DNA from: Owenweeksia sp.
GTDB lineage: Bacteria > Bacteroidota > Bacteroidia > Flavobacteriales > Schleiferiaceae
NCBI GenBank assembly: GCA_028277105.1
Contig: JANQHO010000017.1
Location: forward strand, 1-64,000
Direction: 5' to 3'
Length of the DNA: 64,000 bases
A program made the position numbers and the translations under genes. The notes under the pieces are model-generated. The model ran no database searches and was not told where the DNA came from. It was given only the letters and a program-made list of their open reading frames with translations. This document shows, one piece after another, positions 24,127 to 31,612 of this stretch. Position 1 is the stretch's first letter. Each line of letters opens with the position of its first letter.

Positions 24127-25189
24127 CCCGGGGCAATATCAGGTTTACGGTAAATTTCGAATCTTTTTGTTGAATGTCAAGCCGGTAATTCTGTTTAGGA
24201 TATAACAGTTCCAACCTTTTGCGGATATTGGTCAAGCCTATACCCCCCGTTTCTCCGGTATTGCTTTTTTTGTGAATGCTGTTGCTGATATCAAAATAAA
24301 TGCCCGATTGATCGGAAGTCAGTGAAATACTCAGGCTGGAAGGCTGCTCGTAGCTCACTCCGTGTTTAAAGGCATTTTCTATAAAGGGTATAAAGATCAA
24401 GGGAGGTACTTCGAGGTGGTCTTCCAGTTGATCTACTTTAAGATCAACGGCTACATCTTCTGCCAGGCGCAGCTTCATCAGTTTGATGTAATCTTCCAAA
24501 AAAGCTACCTCTTTGCCGATGGGGATAGTTTGCTTATCGGTTTCGTACAGCATATACCGCATGAGCTTGGATAGCTGATGAATGGTTTGCCGGGCCTTAT
24601 CGGGATTGGAACCCACAAAAGAGTAAATGTTATTCAGGGTATTAAAGAAAAAATGCGGGTTGATCTGGTTTTTGAGAAAGGCCAGTTCGGCCGTGAGCTT
24701 CTCCTTTTCCATTTCTTCCTTGTCTTTATCCTGTTTCAGAGCCCGGCTCACTGCGGTAAAAATCAAGCCAAAGGCAAAGGTCAAAATAGTTGACATGACC
24801 ACAAACAGATGCTGAGGATCGGGTCTTTGGCCTTCTTTTAAGAAGCGGTTATCCAGCTCGGCAAGGGGTTGAGGCCTTTTCCATTTTTCTATGTGAAAAT
24901 ACTCATCGAATGAGATGTTAATGAGATAGATAAGGACAAAACAAGTCAGTACCGCCAGCAGGTACCACCATACCTTTTTCCTGAACAAGAGTTGAGGTAT
25001 CAGCAAAAGGGTATTGATGTAGTAAAAAATAACGATCAATGTGAGATGACCGGCTATGCGATAGTATATGTCGTTGGGAAGTACCGATAAATTGACCGGC
25101 CCTGCAAATAGCAAAAGGGAGAACAGCCCTGACCATACAATGAGGTGTAAAAGAACTTTCCAGAAAATATGATTAGGGTCAAATTTCAT
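24101..25189 (-). CDS. Membrane sensor histidine kinase, LytS/YehU type (His_kinase PF06580-like plus HATPase_c)
   Basis: Multi-TM N-terminus. ...LKNQINPHFFFNTLNNIYSF... signature. G-box GGIGLTNIRKRLEL. Confidence 0.8.
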   Translation of the reverse strand: MKFDPNHIFWKVLLHLIVWSGLFSLLLFAGPVNLSVLPNDIYYRIAGHLTLIVIFYYINTLLLIPQLLFRKKVWWYLLAVLTCFVLIYLINISFDEYFHIEKWKRPQPLAELDNRFLKEGQRPDPQHLFVVMSTILTFAFGLIFTAVSRALKQDKDKEEMEKEKLTAELAFLKNQINPHFFFNTLNNIYSFVGSNPDKARQTIHQLSKLMRYMLYETDKQTIPIGKEVAFLEDYIKLMKLRLAEDVAVDLKVDQLEDHLEVPPLIFIPFIENAFKHGVSYEQPSSLSISLTSDQSGIYFDISNSIHKKSNTGETGGIGLTNIRKRLELLYPKQNYRLDIQQKDSKFTVNLILPRDDKMYSHR

Positions 25190-25200
25190 TCATCAGCAGG

Positions 25201-26028
25201 TTACGGAACAACAATGGTGACTTCGTCTATGGCTTCGGTACCGAAATATCCCAAAGCACCGTTGGACCAATTGTTTACCGGATTGCCGGGAGCAGCTGCC
25301 CCGGGGCCAGTACCCCCGGAAACATCTTCCAGGGAGCGGAAAAAATCATAGGTTTTAGTGTCTATTTCAGACAAGCGGATCAGAACCACGTCACCCGTAA
25401 TAAAGGAGGGATCATCACTACCTCCCGGCCCACCGCCACCGGGAACACCACCAGAGCCTCCCACACTCCTTTCAATTATTTCACCATTCTGAAAGGTATC
25501 GTCAATTACCAGGCTGGCCGAGCCATTGAAACCAATATTTTCTCTTAGGCCATTGACAAACATTTGCAGACGGTAAAAGTCAACTGTGGCAGCCGGATCC
25601 TCAAAACTAATGCTTATCCTGTCTCTTTCTTCAATAAAGGCCGTATCAATCTCTATGGCTGAAGGCATAACCGCTGAAGCGGTAAAAGACTTATCTTCAA
25701 CCGTTACTGCAAGGGTATATTCCGTGCCAGACGTAGCAGTAAAGGAAGGCAAGAAATAGGCGCCATTACCTGAATCGGTTAAGGTGTGTGAATTACCCTC
25801 ATCATCACTCAATACCATGCTGGCCCCGGCAATTCTAGCTGGGGTCTCAGAAGTAAAATAGCTGGTGGTTTGGGTAAGACTGACCCTGAAGTCGTTAGTC
25901 CCGAGCACTACGCTTCCTTCTATAACGTAACGGGGATCGGCTTCATTAAGGTCAACCTCGATCACTTCCTGGCAGGAGGTGATAATGAATAAGGCGACTA
26001 AAATAACGGCAATTTTTTTCATGTTCAA
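25201..26028 (-). CDS. DUF4249-like lipoprotein (usual companion of carboxypeptidase-regulatory-domain TonB receptors)
   Basis: Lipoprotein signal ...IITSCQE. Positioned directly downstream of the TonB receptor gene. Confidence 0.5.
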   Translation of the reverse strand: MNMKKIAVILVALFIITSCQEVIEVDLNEADPRYVIEGSVVLGTNDFRVSLTQTTSYFTSETPARIAGASMVLSDDEGNSHTLTDSGNGAYFLPSFTATSGTEYTLAVTVEDKSFTASAVMPSAIEIDTAFIEERDRISISFEDPAATVDFYRLQMFVNGLRENIGFNGSASLVIDDTFQNGEIIERSVGGSGGVPGGGGPGGSDDPSFITGDVVLIRLSEIDTKTYDFFRSLEDVSGGTGPGAAAPGNPVNNWSNGALGYFGTEAIDEVTIVVP

Positions 26029-28353
26029 TTAGAATTTGAAGTTATAGGAAATTGATGGAACTATGCCAAATAAGGTGGTTTGTACCGCTTCGGTGGTACC
26101 GGGCTTGTCTTCGCTTTCCTGAAAAGTAATGGTATAGGCGTTATACTGGTTGTAGGCGTTATAGAGCGAAAAATTCCAACTGGATTCAAATTGGTCAGTC
26201 TTCTTGTTTATCCAGGTCACTCCCAGGTCCAGGCGATGATAATCCGGCATGCGATAGCCGTTTCTCTCGGTGTAAAAAGGAACCCGTTGTCCAGCTACGA
26301 AGTAGCTGGCTGAAGGGAAGGTAACGGCATTACCGGTATAGTATACCCAGTTGGCCGAGAGGGTTAGCCTGGGATTCAATTGATAAGAAGCAACAATAGT
26401 AATGTCGTGGATCCGGTCTTGTTTGGCTGGGAAGGGGTCGCCATTGTTGATATCGTCAAACTGCCTCAGACTACGGGATAGGGTGTAACTCACCCAACCG
26501 GTTAGTTTTCCCCGGTTCTTGCGGAGTAAAAATTCGGCTCCGTAAGCATAGCCACGACCGTAAACCAGTTCGCCTTCTACGTTTTCATTGAGCAGCAGGT
26601 CAGCCCCGTCCCTGTAATCGATCTGGTTTTGCAGGTCTTTATAGTAAACCTCGGTGGAAAACTCATACATATTTTTACTGAAATTTCTGAAATACCCCAA
26701 AGCCACCTGATCGGAGATTTGCGGCTTAATATTGTTGCTACTGGGCACCCAAAGGTCAGTAGGTTGGGCAGAAGTGGAGTTGGACAACTGATGCAGATAC
26801 TGGTAATTGCGGTTGTAAGACATTTTTAAGGAGCTGGATTCGTCCAGTTGATATTTTACCGATAGGCGGGGTTCAAGCCCTCCGTATTTTTGGATGGATT
26901 CCCAGTTATCAAAAGTGGTTTTGGAAATGAGATCTCCGTTTGCCGTAAACTCATAGGCATTACTGGGGCCCAGGTAATCAAAGAAAGAGTATCGCAGACC
27001 CAAATGAATACCCCAGCGTTGGCTCAGCTTATAGTCATCCTGAATGTATACCCCCCCTTCCAGAGCGTATTGCTCATCTATGCTAACGGAATTGCTCTCA
27101 TTATTGCCGTCAAAATCTCCCGGAACAAAATTGTGGTAGATAATATTTCCTCCGAACTTCAGGGTGTGCCGGGCATCCAGAAAATAGGTGAAGTCCTGTT
27201 TCAGGTTCCAGTCTTCAATACCGGCACCGATAGAAAAGCTGTTTTCATCACCTCCTATGTTGATGTCGTAATCGTAGTCGCTGTAGATCAATGAGGTGTT
27301 GGAAAAGAGCTTATCCCCGTAAATATGGTTCCAGCGGAGGGTTCCGGTCACATTGCCCCAGTCAAAACCAAAATTGTCGATGCCCAGCTCATCCCGGCCG
27401 AAATAGCCAGATAGAAAAATACGGTCTTTATCGCCAATCCGGTAATTCAGTTTGGCGGTAAGGTCGTAAAAATAGAGGGTGCTATTGCTGATGTCTTCAT
27501 CGCCAGCAAGGCCTGTAAACAGATCGAGATAGGTTCTGCGACCCGAAACAATAAAGGAGCTTTTGTCTTTCTGAATAGGGCCTTCCACCGTTAAACGGGA
27601 AGATATCAGGCCGATCCCACCGGTGGCTTCGTATTCTTTGCTGTTGCCTTCCTTCATTTTAATATCCATTACAGACGAGGCCCTGCCCCCGTATTCGGCA
27701 GGAATGCCCCCTTTATACAGGGTTACATCTTTTAAAGCATCGGAATTGAAGACCGAAAAGAAACCCAGTAAATGGGAAGGATTATAAACCGGAGCTTCAT
27801 CCAGCAGGATGAGGTTTTGGTCAGCGGCCCCTCCTCTAACGTAAAACCCGCTATTACCCTCTCCAGCGGAATTCACTCCGGGTAATAATTGTACAACTTT
27901 GATCAGGTCCCGCTCTCCAAAGAGCACTGGTACATTCTCCACTTCTTTAATGGATATCTTGGCCACGCTCATTTCGTTGGCTGTAACGTTCTGGTCTTCC
28001 TTTTTGGCTGATACCACTACTTCCTGCAACTCCTGGGCGGTGGACTCTAATTCCAGATCGATCTTCATGTCTTTGGTGAGCTGAATGGGTTTTTCCTGGG
28101 ATTGCAAACCAATAAACTGGTATTGCAGGGTGTAGTCTCCCTCCGGGAGGGTAAGGGAATAAAAACCGTATACATTGGTTACAGTTCCCGTACCGGACAT
28201 CTCCTTTACCGTAATGCTGGCCCCGATAAGGTCTTCCCCGTTAGAGGCGTCTTTGAGCGTGCCGCTTATGGTGTATTTGTTCTGAGCTTCTGAAGATAAC
28301 CCCAGTCCAATAAATAAAAGAAAGGGCAGTGCCTTAGAAAAGTTGTATTCCAT
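26029..28353 (-). CDS. TonB-dependent outer-membrane receptor with an N-terminal carboxypeptidase-regulatory-like domain
   Basis: Signal peptide. YTISGTLKDASNGEDLIGASITVKE...GFYSL is a CarbopepD_reg-like fold. Plug and beta-barrel, C-terminal ...YNFKF. Confidence 0.8.
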   Translation of the reverse strand: MEYNFSKALPFLLFIGLGLSSEAQNKYTISGTLKDASNGEDLIGASITVKEMSGTGTVTNVYGFYSLTLPEGDYTLQYQFIGLQSQEKPIQLTKDMKIDLELESTAQELQEVVVSAKKEDQNVTANEMSVAKISIKEVENVPVLFGERDLIKVVQLLPGVNSAGEGNSGFYVRGGAADQNLILLDEAPVYNPSHLLGFFSVFNSDALKDVTLYKGGIPAEYGGRASSVMDIKMKEGNSKEYEATGGIGLISSRLTVEGPIQKDKSSFIVSGRRTYLDLFTGLAGDEDISNSTLYFYDLTAKLNYRIGDKDRIFLSGYFGRDELGIDNFGFDWGNVTGTLRWNHIYGDKLFSNTSLIYSDYDYDINIGGDENSFSIGAGIEDWNLKQDFTYFLDARHTLKFGGNIIYHNFVPGDFDGNNESNSVSIDEQYALEGGVYIQDDYKLSQRWGIHLGLRYSFFDYLGPSNAYEFTANGDLISKTTFDNWESIQKYGGLEPRLSVKYQLDESSSLKMSYNRNYQYLHQLSNSTSAQPTDLWVPSSNNIKPQISDQVALGYFRNFSKNMYEFSTEVYYKDLQNQIDYRDGADLLLNENVEGELVYGRGYAYGAEFLLRKNRGKLTGWVSYTLSRSLRQFDDINNGDPFPAKQDRIHDITIVASYQLNPRLTLSANWVYYTGNAVTFPSASYFVAGQRVPFYTERNGYRMPDYHRLDLGVTWINKKTDQFESSWNFSLYNAYNQYNAYTITFQESEDKPGTTEAVQTTLFGIVPSISYNFKF

Positions 28354-28449
28354 TGCCGGTTTAGATTTGAGCCCAAACCTAGCCTTAGCTCAGGCCGGGA
28401 GGAAATAAAATCTACGTTTGCCGGAATTTTATCTACGTTTAAGCGACTT

Positions 28450-29172
28450 TCACTCTACCGGAAAATCGAAATAGGTATCGGGATAAGGTTCATCTACCAG
28501 GGTAAAATGCCACCACTCTTCAGGCAGGTGCTTAAAACCGTGCTTTTCCATCACCAATTGTAAGAGCTTGCGATGAGCGCGGGCGGTAAAGGAAATGTCG
28601 GGATAATCGGGCCAGGAGGGAGGGCCGAAGAAATCGAAGCGGGTGCCCATGGAAAGCTCCTGCTGGTTTTCGTCTTCCTTGAGGGAAATAATGGTAAGGT
28701 CTACCGTACTGCCGCGGGAGTGGCCAGATCTGGCTGCAATGAAACCTTTGGCAAACAGTTGGTCTTTAGGGATATTGGGGTAATAGATAGGTTTGTTGGT
28801 AACATCCTCCACGTCTTCAGCCCACTTTACAAAGTGATTCACGGCCTGCTGGGGGCGGTAGGCGTCAAATATCTTGAGGCCCAGGCCAAAAGCTTTAAGG
28901 TCTTCCTGTACTTTTTTTAAAGCCATGGCTGCTTCTTTGCTTAAAATACATTTATTGGCTTTGTAACCCTCTACCGGGCTGCCCAAAAAATTATTGGCCG
29001 TGAGGTAGCGCATATCCAGCACTATATCGGGGATCACATCCTTAACGTATACAAAACCTTCGGGCAGGCCTTTGGTTGTGGATTGAGCAGCAGGAGCGAC
29101 TGACTTAAAAGTATAGGCAGCCGATAAAAGACCTGTAAGGGCTACGGGCAGGAGGAATATTTTGCGCATGAT
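28450..29172 (-). CDS. Secreted M15D-family D-Ala-D-Ala dipeptidase (VanX/DdpX-like). The start is taken at the internal Met with a signal peptide.
   Basis: Motifs ...IFDAYRP..., SGHSRGSTVDLTI and LPEEWWHFTL. The ORF-table start at 29280 adds 36 aa before a clear signal peptide (MRKIFLLPVALTG). Confidence 0.75.
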   Translation of the reverse strand: MMRKIFLLPVALTGLLSAAYTFKSVAPAAQSTTKGLPEGFVYVKDVIPDIVLDMRYLTANNFLGSPVEGYKANKCILSKEAAMALKKVQEDLKAFGLGLKIFDAYRPQQAVNHFVKWAEDVEDVTNKPIYYPNIPKDQLFAKGFIAARSGHSRGSTVDLTIISLKEDENQQELSMGTRFDFFGPPSWPDYPDISFTARAHRKLLQLVMEKHGFKHLPEEWWHFTLVDEPYPDTYFDFPVE

Positions 29173-29278
29173 AAAAGTTCTGATCCGACAATATAATTCA
29201 TTGCTCGGAAATATAACCTTGATCCATGGAGTTGAAAGGAGCCCGTAGAATGATATTTCAAATTTGTGCAAATCAATC

Positions 29279-29305
29279 AAGGGCTTCTATTTCAAAGAAG
29301 CCCTT
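29279..29305 (-). terminator. Hairpin aagggcttc-tatttcaaa-gaagccctt, probable terminator of the 476-aa lipoprotein gene
   Basis: 9-bp stem immediately downstream of the stop at 29324 on the minus strand, with a moderately T-rich tail. Confidence 0.45.
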
Positions 29306-29323
29306 GTTGTTTAAAGAATAAAA

Positions 29324-30754
29324 CTAGTAACAGGCACTTAAATTGAGCTGATGGTTTTTATTCCACTGCCCATTGTGATATGACTGATGATCAGAGTAAA
29401 AATTGGTCCAGCCAAAATTATTTGGAAACTTTACCTGGGCAGTTGCTGAACTAGCATGACCGCCACCGGCCTGCCTGATCACGGATCCCATTGGGTTGCA
29501 GTCGTGATCTGTGCGCGACAGATCCATATAAGTCCATGGATACCCTTTTCTCGACCTCCATCGCCAACTTCCGAATCTGTTGGTCCACTTGTAAATTCTG
29601 GTGCAGGCACCGGCACGGTTAAATTCCCAGCCCAACCAGTTTTTATTTTGATTTACCCAACAGGTAGCTGCCCAGGCAGTACCATGAGAGTTTTTCCAGT
29701 GGGCATTGTTGATGGCTCTTCCATAACCGTATAAGCAATTTCTGGGACCGATAACAACTTCATGTATATCCAACCAGGCTACAGGGGTGTTACCCGAAAA
29801 AGTAGGATAAATGGACACTGCTTCAATTTTGATGGTGTAGGTTCCATTATTGGCATAAGTATGTTCTACATAGGGTACTATGGAGCTGTTGAGCCCTTTG
29901 CTGGAAGTAACACTGCTGGTTTGCCCGTCTCCCCAGTCAATGGTATAGGTCGCTTTGTTTTGATAAGCATTATGCCCTGCCAGTTCATTTAGTATAAGGT
30001 TTTCCAGCCTTAGCCGTCTGGGGTTATTACAGGGATCGGGAAACTTTAGGCCCGGCATTGAAATGTGGAAATTGTTAATAGTAGTTTTATGAACTCCATG
30101 GTGCCCAGCTCCTTCATCAAGGACAAATACTTCAGCGAGTCCATCTATATCGTAGTTCATTACATCTTCATAAACATCTGCCGTGGTAGCGGAGGTTCCC
30201 AAAGCATCGAAAGCGTCCAGTAAGTTCTGTGGAGCTGCTATATCAATGGATAAACCTATTTCTTCATTGATGTACTTGTACTTTTTTGTGCCTACAATAA
30301 CTTGTTTATCAGTGTTTAATACCGACCTTATAGCGATGTCCTGTATAAAATGTATCTCGGGAATATCAGATAGGTGAGCCCAGCCCATTTCACTCAGTAT
30401 TTCAAAGTCGGCCATAGCCTGGGCCCGAAGAGAGATAAAACCGGGTAAATTGCTTTCTACCCATTCCAGCTTTTCATCCGGATCATAAGTGAAAGTATCT
30501 GCAGGGGGAATGACAATGCTATCCATTACAATACTATCCAGATAGCTCAGGTATTCTACCAAATGCTGACCATCTGAAAATTCAAGGGTGCCGTCTGAAA
30601 ATTCAAGGGTGCCGTTAACGACCATTGGCCAGACTACGGGAGACAAACCTCCGTTTTTTTTGATACTGCTTGGCTCAGGTGCTTCTTTTTTGCATGACAG
30701 AACTGTAAACAGAACTACTAACCATAATAGTTGGGTCAATTTTAAATGCTTCAT
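29324..30754 (-). CDS. Hypothetical secreted lipoprotein with a PKD-like segment and an unusual W/N/G/R-rich C-terminal 150 aa
   Basis: Lipobox ...VLSCKK. TIDWGDGQTSSV...YTIKIEAVS is PKD-like. The C-terminal composition is seen directly; no family recognised. Confidence 0.45.
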   Translation of the reverse strand: MKHLKLTQLLWLVVLFTVLSCKKEAPEPSSIKKNGGLSPVVWPMVVNGTLEFSDGTLEFSDGQHLVEYLSYLDSIVMDSIVIPPADTFTYDPDEKLEWVESNLPGFISLRAQAMADFEILSEMGWAHLSDIPEIHFIQDIAIRSVLNTDKQVIVGTKKYKYINEEIGLSIDIAAPQNLLDAFDALGTSATTADVYEDVMNYDIDGLAEVFVLDEGAGHHGVHKTTINNFHISMPGLKFPDPCNNPRRLRLENLILNELAGHNAYQNKATYTIDWGDGQTSSVTSSKGLNSSIVPYVEHTYANNGTYTIKIEAVSIYPTFSGNTPVAWLDIHEVVIGPRNCLYGYGRAINNAHWKNSHGTAWAATCWVNQNKNWLGWEFNRAGACTRIYKWTNRFGSWRWRSRKGYPWTYMDLSRTDHDCNPMGSVIRQAGGGHASSATAQVKFPNNFGWTNFYSDHQSYHNGQWNKNHQLNLSACY

Positions 30755-30840
30755 AATTAATTAATGTTAGTAGTGGTGTGGCCTTTGAACCAGCTGTTTG
30801 ATCAATATTAAATCAAGAAGCTGCTAAAAGCGGAATACGC

Positions 30841-30859
30841 TTTAGCAAGTGTTGCTAAA
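30841..30859. promoter_or_regulatory. Palindrome tttagcaa-gtg-ttgctaaa in the promoter region of the 476-aa lipoprotein gene, just downstream of a LytTR regulator gene. Candidate operator.
   Basis: 8-bp inverted arms with a 3-bp spacer, seen directly. Confidence 0.3.
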
Positions 30860-30889
30860 ATAGCTGTAAGTGTAGAAAATGAAAAGAGC

Positions 30890-31612
30890 TTATGATGTAA
30901 ACGCTTCGATCAGATGGTGTTTTCTGCGGGAAGAAACCGGGATAGTTTGCTGGTTATCCATTACTATAAAACCACCGCCCCGGCCTTTAGAGTAAGATTT
31001 GATCTTTTTTAAGTTTACCAGATGCTTGTGATGTACCCTTAAGAAGCAATAGGGTGTCAGATCTGATTCAAATTTGGCCAGTGTTCTTGAGATAATTCTT
31101 TTATCTCCATTAGTAAAGAAAACCAGGGTGTAGTTATTATCAGCTTCACAGCGTATGATCTCATCAATGTCTACAAAGTCCAATCCTGTAAGGCTGGGCA
31201 GGGCTATTTTAGGAATACCTGTTTTGGGGAAATGCACAGGTGTATTAAACTCTTCAGATAGAGCTCTGTCAACCGCCTTTTTAAATTCAGCCTCATTAAC
31301 AGGCTTCAAAATATAATCCTGTGCAGCTACTTTTACAGCTCTAATGGCATATTCATCGTGGGCGGTAACAAATATTACTTTGGGCAGAAGTTGTTTCTCC
31401 AGCTTTTCCAGTAGATCAAAACCGTTTTGGTTGCCCATCTGTATGTCCAGGAACATGAGATCAACCGTATTTACAGACAAAAAGGTATAAGCTTCATTTA
31501 CAGTATTGGCTTTTTTTACCACTTTGATTTCCGGGAAGAGTTTTTCCAGCAGAAGGACAATCAGGTTTTGAGCATCGGATTCGTCATCTATAATTATAGC
31601 TGTAGTTTTCAT
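30890..31612 (-). CDS. LytTR-family response regulator
   Basis: MKTTAIIIDDESDAQN... REC plus a C-terminal LytTR domain. Confidence 0.85.
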   Translation of the reverse strand: MKTTAIIIDDESDAQNLIVLLLEKLFPEIKVVKKANTVNEAYTFLSVNTVDLMFLDIQMGNQNGFDLLEKLEKQLLPKVIFVTAHDEYAIRAVKVAAQDYILKPVNEAEFKKAVDRALSEEFNTPVHFPKTGIPKIALPSLTGLDFVDIDEIIRCEADNNYTLVFFTNGDKRIISRTLAKFESDLTPYCFLRVHHKHLVNLKKIKSYSKGRGGGFIVMDNQQTIPVSSRRKHHLIEAFTS

